Assembly (NCBI RefSeq): GCF_963921235.1
Contig: NC_086098.1
Span: 806,001-870,000 of the forward strand
DNA: 64,000 bases
Source of the DNA: Mobula hypostoma
Lineage: Eukaryota
Reading direction: 5' to 3'
Shown here: positions 10,216 through 23,131 of the stretch, piece after piece
How positions within the stretch are numbered: the stretch's first letter is position 1
Layout: every line of letters begins with the position of its first letter
Notes under the pieces: generated by a model
Told to the model about the DNA's origin: nothing
Databases searched by the model: none
What the model saw: only the letters and a program-made list of their open reading frames with translations
Translations under genes and position numbers: made by a program

Positions 10216-12684
10216 TTTAATTTTCCATATATCGATTAGGTTTCCCATACTGTTAGGGGTCTAGATGGTTTAGAGTTTGTAAAATGTGTTCAGGAAAGTT
10301 TTCTAAATCAATATATAGAGGGACCAACTAGCGGGGATGCAATATTGGATCTCCTGTTAGGAAACAAGTTAGGACAAGTGACAGGAGTCTGTGTAGGGGA
10401 GCACTTTGGTTCCAGTGATCATAACACCATTAGTTTCAACTTGATCATGGACAAGGATAGATCTGGTCCTAGGGTTGAGGTTCTGAACTGGAAGAAGGCC
10501 AAATTTGAAGAAATGAGAAAGGATCTAAAAAGCGTGGATTGGGACAGGTTGTTCTCTGGCAAGGATGTGATCGGTAGGTGGGAAGCCTTCAAAGGAGAAA
10601 TTTTGAGAGTGCAGAATTTGTATGTTCCTGTCAGGATTAAAGGCAAAGTGAATAGGAATAAGGAAACTTGGTTCTCAGGGGATATTGCAACTCTGATAAA
10701 GAAGAAGAGGGAGTTGTATGACATGTATAGGAAGCAGGGAGTAAATAAGGTGCTTGAGGAATATAAGAAGTGCAAGAAAATACTTAAGAGAGAAATCAGG
10801 AGGGCTAAAAGAAGACATGAGGTTGCCTTGGCAGTCAAAGTGAAGGATAATCCAAAGAGCTTTTACAGGTATATTAAGAGCAAAAGGATTGTAAGGGATA
10901 AAATTGGTCCTCTTGAAGATCAGAGTGGTCGGCTATGTGCAGAACCAAAGGAAATGGGGGAGATCTTAAATAGGTTTTTTGCGTCTGTATTTACTAAGGA
11001 AACTGGCATGAAGTCTATGGAATTAAGGGAAACAAGTAGTGAGATCATGGAAACTGTACAGATCAAAAAGGAGGAGGTCCTTGCTGTCTTGAGGAAAATT
11101 AAAGTGGATAAATCCCCGGGACCTGACAGAGTATTCCCTCGGACCTTGAAGGAGACTAGTGTTGAAATTGCGGGGGCCCTGGCAGAAATATTTAAAATGT
11201 TGCTGTCTACGGGTGAGGTGCCAGAGAATTGGAGAGTGGCTCATGTTGTTCCGTTGTTTAAAAAAGGATCGAAAAGTATTCTGGGAAATTATAGGCTGGT
11301 AAGTTTAACGTCGGTAGTAGGTAAGTTATTGGAGGGAGTACTAAGAGACAGAATCTACAAGCATGTGGATAGACAGGGACTTATTAGGGAGAGTCAACAT
11401 GGCTTTGTGCGTGGTAGGTCATGTTTGACCAATCTACTGGAGTTTTTCGAGGAGGTTACCAGAAAAGTGGATGAAGGGAAGGCAGTGGATATTGTTTACA
11501 TGGACTTCAGTAAGGCCTTTGACAAGGTCCCGCATGGGAGGTTAGTTAGGAGAATTCAGTCGCTGGGTATACATGGAGAGATGGTAAATTGGATTAGACA
11601 TTGGCTCAATGGAAGAAGCCAAAGAGTGGTAGTAGAGAATTGCTTCTCCGAGTGGAGGCCTGTGACTAGTGGTGTGCCACAGGGATCAGTGCTGGGTCCA
11701 TTGTTATTTGTCATCTATATCAATGATCTGGATGATAATGTAGTAAACTGGATCAGCAAATTTGCTGATGATACAAAGATTGAAGATGTAGTAGACAGTG
11801 AGGAAGGTTTTCAGAGCCTGCAGAGGGACTTGGACCAGCTGGGAAAATGGGCTGAAAAATGGCAGATGCAGTTTAATACAGACAAGTGTGAGGTATTGCA
11901 TGTTGGAAGGACAAACCAAGGTAGAACATACAGGGTTAATGGTAGGGCACTGAGGAGTGCAGTGGAACAGAGGGAACTGGGAATAAAGATACAAAGTTCC
12001 CTAAAAGTGGTGTCACAGGTAGATAGGGTCGTAAAGAGAGCTTTTGGTACATTGGCCTTTATTAATCAAAGTATTGAGTATAAGAGCTGGAATGTTATGA
12101 TGAGGTTGTATAAGGCATTGGTGAGGCCGAATCTGGAGTATTGTGTTCAGTTTTGGTCACCAAATTACAGGAAGGATATAAATAAGGTTGAAAGAGTGCA
12201 GAGAAGGTTTACAAGGATGTTGCTGGGACTTGAGAAACGCAGTTACAGACAAAGGTTGAATAGGTTAGAACTTTATTCCCTGGAGCGTAGAAGAATGAGG
12301 GGAGATTTGATAGAGGTATATAAAATTATGATGGGTATTGGCAGAGTGAATGCAAGCAGGCTTTTTCCACTGAGGCAAGGGGAGAAAAAAACCAGAGGAC
12401 ATGGGTTAAGGGTGAGAGGGGGAAAGTTTAAAGGGAACATTAGGGGGGGCTTCTTCACACAGAGAGTGGTGGGAGTATGGAATGAGCTGCCAGACGAGGT
12501 GGTAAATGGAGGTTCTTTTTTAACACTTAAGAATAAATTGGACAGATACATGGATGGGAGGTGTATGGAGGGATATGGTCCATGTGCAGGTCAGTGGGAC
12601 TAGGCAGAAAATGGTTCGGCACAGCCAAGAAGGGCCAAAAGGCCTGTTTCTGTGCTGTAGTTTTCTATGGTTCTATGGTTTCTA
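10216..12684 (+). mobile_element. CR1 LINE (family C), 5'-truncated, well preserved
   Basis: Starts at the FNFP motif of the endonuclease and ends in a (TTCTATGG)n tail; same family as 33777-40890. Confidence 0.95.
10345..12603 (+). CDS. CR1 ORF2 (APE C-terminus + reverse transcriptase), 752-aa open frame lacking the N-terminal endonuclease
   Basis: [54 protein letters not shown] and RPNLEYCVQFWSP all lie in one frame. The start codon is a TTG, so this is not a true initiation site. Confidence 0.85.
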   Translation: MDLLLGNKLGQVTGVCVGEHFGSSDHNTISFNLIMDKDRSGPRVEVLNWKKAKFEEMRKDLKSVDWDRLFSGKDVIGRWEAFKGEILRVQNLYVPVRIKGKVNRNKETWFSGDIATLIKKKRELYDMYRKQGVNKVLEEYKKCKKILKREIRRAKRRHEVALAVKVKDNPKSFYRYIKSKRIVRDKIGPLEDQSGRLCAEPKEMGEILNRFFASVFTKETGMKSMELRETSSEIMETVQIKKEEVLAVLRKIKVDKSPGPDRVFPRTLKETSVEIAGALAEIFKMLLSTGEVPENWRVAHVVPLFKKGSKSILGNYRLVSLTSVVGKLLEGVLRDRIYKHVDRQGLIRESQHGFVRGRSCLTNLLEFFEEVTRKVDEGKAVDIVYMDFSKAFDKVPHGRLVRRIQSLGIHGEMVNWIRHWLNGRSQRVVVENCFSEWRPVTSGVPQGSVLGPLLFVIYINDLDDNVVNWISKFADDTKIEDVVDSEEGFQSLQRDLDQLGKWAEKWQMQFNTDKCEVLHVGRTNQGRTYRVNGRALRSAVEQRELGIKIQSSLKVVSQVDRVVKRAFGTLAFINQSIEYKSWNVMMRLYKALVRPNLEYCVQFWSPNYRKDINKVERVQRRFTRMLLGLEKRSYRQRLNRLELYSLERRRMRGDLIEVYKIMMGIGRVNASRLFPLRQGEKKTRGHGLRVRGGKFKGNIRGGFFTQRVVGVWNELPDEVVNGGSFLTLKNKLDRYMDGRCMEGYGPCAGQWD

Positions 12685-12759
12685 ATCTAGAGTCTCAATT
12701 TATCTGCAAGAATCTTGTGCTTAAAGGATCATTGAATCAAAACAACAGATCAAAGCAAA

Positions 12760-15544
12760 TAGAACATAGAGTAGTACAGCACAGTACAGGCCCTTCAGCC
12801 CACAATGTTGTGCCGACCGTCAAACCCTGCCTCCCATATAAGCCCCCACCTAAGATTCCTCCATATGTCTGTCTAGTAGTCTCTTAAACTTCACCAGTGT
12901 ATCTGCCTCCACCACTGACTCAGGCAGTGCATTCCACGCACCAACCACTCTCTGAGTAAAAAACCTTCCTCTAATATCCCCCTTGAACTTCCCACCCCTT
13001 ACCTTAAAGCCATGTCCTCTTGTATTGAGCAGTGGTGCCCTGGGGAAGAGACGCTGGCTATCCACTCTATCTATTCTTCCTCTTATTATCTTGTACACCT
13101 CTATCATGTCTCCTCTCATCCTTTTTCTCTCCAAAGAGTAAAGCCCTAGCTCCCTTAATCTCTGATCATATTGCACACTTTCTAAACCAGGCAGCATCCT
13201 GGTAAATCTCCTCTGTAACCTTTCCAATGCTTCCACATCCTTCCTATAGTGAGGTGACCAGAAATGGACACAATACTCCAAGTGTGGCCTAACCAGTGTT
13301 TTACAGAGCTGCATCTTACATCGCGACTCTTAAACTCTATCCCTCGACTTATGAAAGCTAACACCCCATAAGCTTTCTTAAATACCCTATCCACCTGTGA
13401 GGCAACTTTCAGGGATCTGTGGACATGTACCCCGAGATCCCTCTCCTCCTCCACACTACCAAGTATCCTGCCATTTACTTTGTACTCTGCCTTGGAGTTT
13501 GTCCTTCCAAAGTGTACCACCTCACTCTTCTCCGGGTTGAACTCCATCTGCCGCTTCTCAGTCCACTTCTGTGCATCCTATCAATGTCTCCCTGCAATCT
13601 TTCACAATCCTCTACACTATCTACAACACCACCAACCTTTGTGTCGTCTGCAAACTTGCCAACCCACCCTTCTACCCCCACATCCAGGTCGTTAATAAAA
13701 ATCACGAAAAGTAGAGGTCCCAGAACCGATCCTTGTGGGACACCACTAGTCACAATCCTCCAATCTGAATGTACTCCCTCCACCACCATCCTCTGCCTTC
13801 TGCAGGCAAGCCAATTCTGAATCCACCTGGCCAAACTTCTTTGGATCCCATGCCTTCTAACTTTCTGAATAAGCCTACCGTGTGGAACCTTGTCAAATGC
13901 CTTACTAAAATCCATATAGATCACATCCACTGCACTACCCTCATCTATATGCCTGGTCACCTCCTCAAAGAACTCTATCAGGCTTATTAGACACGATCTG
14001 CCCTTCATAAAGCCATGCTCACTGTCCCTGATCAGATCATGATTCTCTAAATGCCTATAGATCCTATCTCTAAGAATCTTTTCCAACAGCTTTCCCACCA
14101 CAGACATAAGGCTCACTGGTTTATAATTACCCGGACTATCCCTACTACCTTTTCTGAACAAGGGAACAGCATTCGCCTCCCCCCAATCCTCCGGTACCAT
14201 TCCTGTGGACAACAAAGATCCTAGCCAGAGGCTCAGCAATCTCTTCTCTCGCCTCGTGGAGCAGCCTGGGGAATATTCCGTCGGGCCCCGGGGACTTACC
14301 CGTCCTAATGTATTTTAACAACTCCAACACCTCCTCTCCCTTAATATCAGCATGCTCCAGAACATCAACCTCACTCATATTGTCCTCACCATCATCAAGT
14401 TCCCTCTCAGTGGTGAATACCGAAGAGAAGTATTCATTGAGGACCTCGCTCACTTCCACAGCCTCCAGGCACATCTTCCCACCTTTATCTCTAATCGGTC
14501 CTACCTTCACTCCTGTCATCCTTTTTTTCTTCACATAATTGAAGAATGCCTTGGGTTTTCCTTTACCCTACTCGCCAAGGCCTTCTCATGCCCCCTTCTT
14601 GCTCTTCTCAGCCCCTTCTTAAGCTCCTTTCTTGCTTCCCTATATTCCTCAATAGACCCAGCTGATCCTTGCTTCCTAAACCTCATGTATGCTGCCTTCT
14701 TCCTCCTGACTGGATTTTCCACCTCACTTGTCACCCATGGTTCCTTCACCCTACCATTCTTTATCTTCCTCACCGGGACAAATTTATCCCTTACATCCCG
14801 CAAGAGATCTCTAAACATCGACCACATGTCCATAGTACATTTCCCTGTAAAAACATCATTCCAATTCACACCCGCAAGTTCTAGCCTTATAGCCTCATAA
14901 TTTGCCTTTCCCCAATTAAAAATTTTCCTGTCCTCTTTGATTCTATCCTTTTCCATGATAATTATAAAGGCCAGGGAGCGGTGGTCACTGTCCCCCAGAT
15001 GCTCACCCACTGAGAGATCTGTGACCTGACCTGGTTCATTACCTAGTACTAGATCTAGTATGGCATTCCCCCTGGTTGGCCTGTCCACATACTGTGACAG
15101 GAATCCATTCTGGACACACTTAACAAATTCTGCCCCATCTAAACCCTTGGAACTAATGAGGTGCCAATCAATATTAGGGAAGTTAAAGTCACCCATGATA
15201 ACAACCCTGTTATTTTTGCACCTTTCCAAAATCTGCCTCCCAATCTGCTCCTCTGTATCTCTGCTGCTACCAGGGGGCCTATAGAATACCCCCAGTAGAG
15301 TAACTGCTCCCTTCCTGTTCCTGACTTCCACCCATATTGACTCAAAAGAGGATCCTGCTACATTACCCACCCTTTCTGTAGCTGTAATAGTGTTCCTGAC
15401 CAGTAGTGCCACCCCTCCTCCCCTTTTTCTGACCTCTCTATCCCTTTTAAAACACTGAAATCCAGAAATATTGAGAATCCATTCCTGCTCTGGTGCCAGC
15501 CAAGTCTCTGTAATGGCCACTACATCATAATTCCATGTATGTAT
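12760..15544 (-). mobile_element. CR1 LINE (family A), nearly complete ORF2, frameshifted
   Basis: ORFs 14531-15604 (APE), 14145-14534, 13475-14239 ([10 protein letters not shown]), 13182-13547 and 12850-13314; 3' tail at 12760. Confidence 0.95.
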
Positions 15545-16275
15545 GAGGGGAACATAAGTGGATGCTTCTTCACTCAGAGTGGTGAGAGTAAGGGTTGCCC
15601 ACATCAGTGATGGACGTGTTGAATTTTAACATTTAAGAGAAATTTGGATAGGTACATGGATCTGAAGGTTATGGAGGGCAAGGGTACGAGACAGATTATG
15701 AGTTTGGCATGGACTAGCTGGACCTAAGGGTCTGTTTCTGTACTGTATTGTTCTATGACTCCATGACAATCCACAGACCCTTTCATATGAGGCCATAGGA
15801 TATGGGAGCAGAATTAGGCCACCTGGCCCATCAAGTTTGCTCTGCCAGTTCATCATGTCTCATCCAATTTTCCTCTCAGCCCTAATCTCCTGAGTTCTCT
15901 CTGTACCCCTTCATGCTCTGACCAATCAAGAATCTATCAACCATTGCCTTAAATATACATAAAGACTTGGCCTCCACAGCTGCCTGTGCAAAGAATTCCA
16001 AAGATTCACCACTCTCTGGCTAAAGAAGTTGCTCTTCATCTCCATTCTAAAAGCATACCCCTCTATTCTGTGTACTCTGTTCTGAGACTCTCCCACCATA
16101 GGTAACATCCTCTCCACATTCTCTCTACCAACACCTTTCACCATTCAACATGTTTCAATGAGGTCAGCCCTCATCCTTCTGAATTCTAATGAATAAAGGC
16201 CCAGAACCGTCAGATACTCTTCATATTACAAACCATTCAGTCCTGGAATTACTTTTGTGAACCTCCTTTGAACCA
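15545..16275. mobile_element. Two old CR1 3'-end fragments (+ 15545-15765, - about 15785-16275)
   Basis: FFTQRVV/FFSQRVVNLWNSL motifs and CR1 3' UTRs. Confidence 0.75.
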
Positions 16276-16499
16276 TTGTAGAGACATTGTAGCATCGTTT
16301 CTCAAGATGGTGCCAGTGACCAAGGCAACATGATGCGGATAGCTCACAAAACAACTAGGTACTCTTCTTCTTCTAGATATACTTTTTCTGAACTGCAATC
16401 TATTGCTGCCTGTAATTTCCATTTTAAGGATCTTACAGCTTGACTTACAAAAGCAATAAGATAAATGTTAAAATATTTTCAAATCATTTTTATTCAAAC

Positions 16500-17635
16500 A
16501 ACAGTGGTTGATGTTGTGTACTTGGATTTTCAGAAGGCCTTTGACAAGGTGCCACGTATGAGGCTGCTTAACAAGTTAAGAGCCCATGGTATTACAGGAA
16601 AGATACTAGCATGGATAAAGCAGTGGTTGATTGGCAAAGTGTGGGAATAAAAGGAGCCTTTTCTGGTTGGCTACCGGTGACTAGTGGTGTTCACAGAGCT
16701 CTCTGTTGGGACCGCTTCTTTTTACGTTATATGTCAGTAACTTGGATGGCAGAATTGATAGCTTTGTTGCAAAGTTCGAGGATGATACAAAGATAGGTGG
16801 AGGGGCAGGTAATATTGGAGAAGTAGAGGGATTTAGATTAGGAGAATAGGCAAAGAAGTAGCCAATGGAATACAGTGTCAGGAAGTGTATGGTCATGCAC
16901 TTTGGCAGAAGAAATAAAATGGTAGACTATTTTCTAAATGGAGAGAAAGTTCAAAAATCTGAGGCGCAAAGGAACTTGGGCGTCCTCATGCAGGATTTCC
17001 TAAAGGTTAATTTGCAAGTTGGCTGTGGTGAGGAAGGCAAATCGATGTTTGCATTCATTTCAAAAAGACTAGAATCTAAAGACAAGGATATAATGTTGAG
17101 GTTTTATAAAGCACTGCTGAGGCTTCACAGAGAATTGTGAGCAGTTTTGGGCCTCTTATCTTAGAAAGGATGGGCTGACACTAGAGAGAGTTCAAAGGAG
17201 GCTCACAAAAATTATTCCAGGATTCAATGGCTTGTTACATGAAGACTGTTTGACGGCTCTGGGCTTGTAGAATTCGGAAGAATGAGGGGTGACCTAACTG
17301 AAACCTACTGAATGGTGAAAGGCCTTGATAGAGTGAAAGTGGAGAGGATGTTTCCTATGGTGGGAGAGTCTAAGACCAGAGAACACAGCCTCAGAATGAA
17401 GGGATGTCCTTGAAGAATGGAAATAACGAGGAATTTCTTTAGCCAGAGTGGTGAATCTGTGGAGTTCATCACCACAGGCAGCTGTGGAGGCCAGGTCATT
17501 GGGTATATATTTAAGAAGCAGGTTAATAGATTCTTGATTAGTCAGGGCATGAAGGAATACGGGGAGCAGGCAGGAGACTGAAGAGGAAAAATGGATCAGC
17601 CAAATCACCTAATTCTGCTCCTATATCTTATGGTT
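16500..17635 (+). mobile_element. CR1 LINE RT/3' fragment, old
   Basis: VDVVYLDFQKAFDKVP, KCMVMHFG and a TCTTATGG tail. Confidence 0.88.
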
Positions 17636-18064
17636 TTATTTATACTGGCCAGTTAAAAGTAAGTAGAAAACTGTACTCACCTTTTGCACAGTGTTGGCAC
17701 TGGATATCTCACAGGTTTCAGTAAAATTTATTATGACAGCATAAAGCTGTATGTCAGTGTGTGCTTCAGTCTCCTATTTGCTTTGAATAAGAGCATCAAA
17801 ATTCACTTCCGTGTGACTGCATATGGATGACAGGCATTTAGTGTGGAATCACCAACTTCAGAAGGCTTTCAAAGTAATTGGAGCCAAGAGCTGTAAATTT
17901 AAGAGAATAACTTTTTTCCAAATATCATTAAAAACAGAACTCCAAAAAACAAACTGTCCCTTTGCACTGCAACAATAAGCACTGGATAAATCAGTGTCTT
18001 TGTCAAAACTGAAAATTGGCAAAAGTTTTTGTGCTGGTTCTACTGAAAGAACTAATTATTAGTT

Positions 18065-18335
18065 GGTACCATAGAGTAGCGGTTGGCATAATGCTTTACA
18101 TCGTTAGCTGTAAGATTGGGGATTAATTCCTGGTGCTGACTGTAAGGAGTTTGTATGTTCTCCCCATGACCATGTGGGTTTCCTCCCACATTCCAAAGAA
18201 GTGTGAGTTAGGGTTAATAAGTTGTGGGCATACTATTTTGGCACTGGAAGCATGGCAAAACGTGTGGGCTGCACTCAACATATCCTCAGACTATACAATG
18301 TATATGTGACAAATAAAGCTAATCTTTAATCCTTA
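18065..18335 (+). mobile_element. V-SINE-like tRNA-derived SINE, decayed
   Basis: Central GGAGTTTGTATGTTCTCCCC..TGGGTTTCCTCCCACATTCCAAAGA resembles the V-domain; AATAAA plus a short repeat tail. Confidence 0.7.
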
Positions 18336-18379
18336 TTCCCTTCCTTTTTTTCTGTCTTTCTTCTTTTTCTTTATTTCTT

Positions 18380-19585
18380 AACAGAGCTTTGACCAGTGGC
18401 CAATCAGACATTGGACGTTTGGAGAAGAGGGGACTTCAATCAGGTTCACTGCCCGAAGGTAAAAGACAGGAGTGGGTCACATCAGCGTAATAGAGCTTTG
18501 ACCTGTGACCAATTGGTATTTTGAATTGATTAGTAAGGCCAAATTAAAGGAAGGCAGGGGCAAGCGTCGCACCCGTTGTCTGAGTGAACTTAGAGCGGCG
18601 ATCTTAAGGCTTCAGCTCTTTGAGGCTCCAGCAAAGAGAGTCTTCACTGAGAAAGCAAAGGAAAGAAAAGCTAGAGTTCTTTTCTTCTCTTCTTTATATC
18701 TACTCAGCCAGGACAGTAGAAATGCCAGACAAGATAGTGAAATGCTCCTCTTGCTGGATGTGGGAAGCCAGGGAGATCGCCGGTGTCCCTGACAACTACA
18801 GCTGTGGAAGTGCATCCAGCTGCAGCTTCTAACAAACCACGCTAAGGAGTTGGAGCTGGAACTGGATGAACTCCAGACCATACAGGAGGAGGCTGAGGGG
18901 ATGATAGATGGGACATTTAGAGAGGTAGTTACATCCAAGGTGCAGGACACAGGAAACTGGCTGACAGTCAGGAAGGGGAAAGGGGTTAAGGAGCCAGTGC
19001 AGAGTACCCCTGTGGCCATCCCCCTCAACAGCAGGTATATCACTTTGGATAATATTGTGGGCGGTGGGTGGTTGACCTCACAGAGGAAAGTCACAGTGGT
19101 TGGGTCTCTGACACTGAGTCTGCCTCTGTGAGTCAGAAAGGAAGGGGGGAGAAGAGACACGCTCTGGTGATGGGGGATTCATTAGTTAGGGGAATGGACA
19201 GAAGGTTCTGTGGGAGAGAATGAGATTCCAAGATGGTATGTTGCCTCCCAGGTGCCAGGGTCTAGGACTAGGATCGAGTCCTCAGCATTCTAAAGTGGGA
19301 GGGTGAACAGCCAGATGTTGTGGTCCATGCAGGTATGAATGACAAGGCAAGGATGAGTGACGAGGTTCTGCACAGGGAGTTCATGGAGCTAGGTGCCATG
19401 TTAAATGGCAGGACCTCCAGAGTTGTCATCTCAGGACTGCTCCTGTGCCACGTGCAAGAGAGGCTAGAAACAGGAATATTGCACAGTGTAATAATGTTGC
19501 GAAGGAGTTGATGTAGGAGGGAGGGCATGAGATTTTTGGATCATCAGGCTCTCTTCCAGGGAAGGAGGGACCAGTACAGAAAGGA
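18380..19585 (+). mobile_element. CR1 5' UTR + ORF1 (zinc finger/leucine zipper + SGNH esterase), decayed
   Basis: CSSCWMWE, QLQLLTNHAKELELELDEL, GDSLVRG, VCCLPGA and VVHAGMND motifs. Confidence 0.88.
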
Positions 19586-22500
19586 ACATAAGACCACAAC
19601 AGCAAAAGACCTGAAGACATAGGAGCCCATCGAGTCTGCTCCGCCATTCCATCATGACTGATCTTGGATCCCACTCAACCCATACACCTGCCTTCTTGCC
19701 ATATCCTTTGATGCCCTGACTGATCAGGAAGTGATCAACTTTTGTCTTAAATATACTATGGACTTGGCTTCCACCAAAGTCTGTGGCACAGCATTCCACA
19801 GATTCACTACTTTCTTGATTTTAAAAAAAATCCTCCTTGTCTCTGTTCTAAAAGGTCAAATCTCAATTTTGAGGCTGTGCCCTTTAGTTCTGGCTACCAC
19901 TATCACAGGAAACATCCTCTCCACGTCCAACATATCCATTCATTTCAACATTCGGTAGGTTTCAATGAGACCTTCCCGCATTCTCTAAGTTCCAGTGAGT
20001 ACAGGTCCAAAGCTGCTAAACGCTCCTCATATGATTACCCCTTCATTCCTGCAATTATCCTCACAAACCACCTCTGGATGCTCTCCAAGTGCAGCCTGAC
20101 TAATAAAAACTCAGCATTATTTCTTTGCTTTTATATTCTCTTTCCCTTGAAATAAATGCCAACATTGAATTTTCCTTCTTTACCACAGACTCAACCTGTA
20201 AATTAACCTCCTGGGAGTCTTGCACGAAGACCCTTAAGTCCCTCTGCACCTCTGATGTTTGTACCTTCTCCCCATTTGGATAATAGTCTGTGCTATTGTT
20301 CTTTTTACCAAAATGCATTATCGTACATTTCCCTACAGTGTATTCATTTGCCACTTTTTTGCCCATTCTTCCAATTTTTCTAAGTCCTGCTGTAATCACA
20401 TTGCTTCCTCAGCACTACCTACCCCTCCACCAATCTTCAGATCATCAGCAAACTTCACCACAAAGCCATCAATTCCATTTTCCAAATCATAGATAAACAA
20501 TGTGAAAATTAGTGGTCCCAGTACTGACCCCTGAGGAACACCACTAGTCACTGGCAGCCAACCAGAAAAGGCCCCTTTAATTCCCTCTCGCTGCCTCCTG
20601 CCTGTCAGCCTTCCGTTATCCATGCCAGCATGTTTCCTGAAATGCCATAGGGTTTTAACACATTAAGCAGCCTTATGTGTGGCACCTTAGCAAATGCCTT
20701 CTGAAAATACAAGTAAATGATAATTCACTGCCTCACCTTTGTACACCCTGCTTGTTACTTTCTCAAAGAAATCTTTTAAAGAAATCTAAAAGATTTGTCA
20801 GGCGACATTTCCATTCACAGAAACCATACTGACATTGACTTATTTCACCATTAGTCTTCCAGTGCTTCGAAATCTCATCCTTAGTAATAGATTCCAACAC
20901 TTTCCCAACCACTGAGGTTAGGCGAACTGGCCTATAATTTCCTTTCCTTTGCCCTCCCCTCTTCTTAAAGAGCGAGGTGACATTTTCAATCTTCCAGTCC
21001 TCTGGGACCATGCCAGAATCAAGTGATTCCTGAAAGATCATGACCAATGCATCCGTTATCTCTTCAGCAAGCTCTCTCAGGACTCTGGGATGTAGTCCAT
21101 CAGGTCCAGGTGTCTATCCACCTTAAGACCTTTCAGTTTGCCTAACACTTTTTCCTTTGTAGTAGCAATGGCACTCATTTCTGCTCCCTGACATTCACGG
21201 ACCTCTGGCACACTGCTAGCGTCTTCTACAGTGAAGACTGATGCATAGTACTCATTAAGTTCATCTGTCATTTCTTTGACCCTGCTTTACCACCTCACCA
21301 GCAAAATTTTCCAGTGGTTGAGTATCACCTCACACCTCCCTCTTACTCTTTATATTCCTGAAGAAACTTTTGGTATCCTGCTTCATACTTTGGCTAGTTT
21401 GCCCTCATATTTCATCTTTTCCCTTCTTATAGTTTTCTTAGTTGTCTTTTGTTGGATTTTAAAAGCTTCCCAAGCATCCAACTTTCCGCCTTATATGCAC
21501 TTTCCTTGGCTTATATACAGTCCTTAACTTCCTTTGTCAGTCATGGTTGCCTACCCCTGCCATTTGAGAACTTCTTCCTCTGTGGGACATATCTATCCTG
21601 CATCCTGTGAACTATTCCCAGAAACTTCAGCCATCACTGCTCTCCTCTCATCCCTGCCAGTGTCCTCCTCCAATCCACCTGGGCAAGCTCCTCTCTCATT
21701 CTTCTGTAATTCCCTTTATTCCATTATGGTATTGATACATTTACATCTGCGATACTGATATGTCTACAGAAGGACCTAGACAGATTAGGAGAATGCGAAA
21801 GAAAGTTGCAAATGAAATACAGTGTTGGAAAATGCATAATCATGCACTTTGGTTGTAGAAATAAATTTGCAGACTATTTTCTAATTGAGGTGAAAATCCA
21901 AAAATCTGAGATGTAAAGGCACTTGGCAGTCCTTGTGCAGAACTTCCTAAAGGTTAACTTGCAAATTGAGTCAGTGGTGATAGAATTCATTTCAAGAGGG
22001 CTTGAACACAAGAGCAGGGATGTGTTGCTGAGGCTTTATAAGGCACTGGTGACTCCTCACCTTGAGTATTGTGAACAGTTTTGGGCTTCTCATCTAAGTA
22101 AAGATGTATTGACATTGGAGAGGGTCCAGATGTGATTCACAAGGATGTTTCCAGGAATGAAAGGGTTATCACACAAGGAACATTTGATAGCACTGGGTCT
22201 GTACTCACTGGAATTTAGCAGGATGAGGAGGGATCTCATTGAAACTTTTCAAATGTTGAAAGTCCTAGATAGAGTAGATGTGCTTCCCATAGTGAGGGAG
22301 TCTAGGACGGCAGGGCACAGCCTCAGGATAGAGGGGCGTCCATTTAAAACAGAGATCCGGAGAAATTTCTTTAGCCAGAGGGTGGTGAATTTGTGGAATA
22401 TGTTACCACAGGCAACTATAGAGGCCAAGTTGTTGGGTGTATTTAAGGCAGCGATTGATAGGTTCTTGATTGGATACGACATCAAAAGTTATGGGAGAGA

Positions 22501-22958
22501 AGACCGAGGAATGGAGTTGAGGTGGGGAGAAAAGGATCAGCCATGATTGAATGGCAGAGCAGACTTGATGGGACAAATGGCCAGTTCTGCTCCTATGTCT
22601 TATGGTCTTGTGGTCTTAGGTGACGTATGCTTCTCCCACTCAAATTACAGTATGAATTCAATTGTATCATGATCACTGCCTCTTAAGGGTTCCTTTATGT
22701 TCAGATCCCAGATGAGATCTGGGTTATTACACAGTACAAAATCTAAGATGGCTTTTCCCCAAGTAGCCTCCAGCACTGATGCTCTAAAATGCCATCTCAT
22801 AACCATTCAACAAATTTCCTCTCTTGTGATTCGACATCATCCTGATTTTCCCAGTTCCCTTTCATGTTGAAGTCCCCCGTTACAGTTGTGTCATTACTGT
22901 TATTACATGCCTTTTCCAGTTCCCTTTACAAGCTCAACCCAACATCTTGGCTACTCAT
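19586..22958 (-). mobile_element. CR1 ORF2 fragments, with a + strand CR1 3' fragment nested at about 21760-22618
   Basis: Minus-strand RT motifs (VVKFADD, GNYRPVRLTSVVGK) continue into APE sequence after 22620. The intervening + piece encodes PHLEYCEQFW...FFSQRVVNLWN and ends in (GTCTTATG)-like repeats. Confidence 0.85.
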
Positions 22959-23131
22959 CAGGGATCTGGTGTGCCTCAGGGATCTGTTCTGGGACCCCTT
23001 CTCTTCATGATTTTTATAAATGACCTGTATGAGGAAGTGAAGGGATGGGTTAGTAAATTTGCTGATGACACAAAGGTTGGGGGTGTTGTGGATAGTGTGG
23101 AGGGCTGTCATAGATTACAGCGGGACATTAA

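Noticed and set aside
10345..12603. Bacterial retron, group II intron or DGR reverse transcriptase
   Set aside because: The motifs, upstream APE remnant and 3' microsatellite tail are those of CR1 non-LTR retrotransposons, and many paralogous copies lie nearby.
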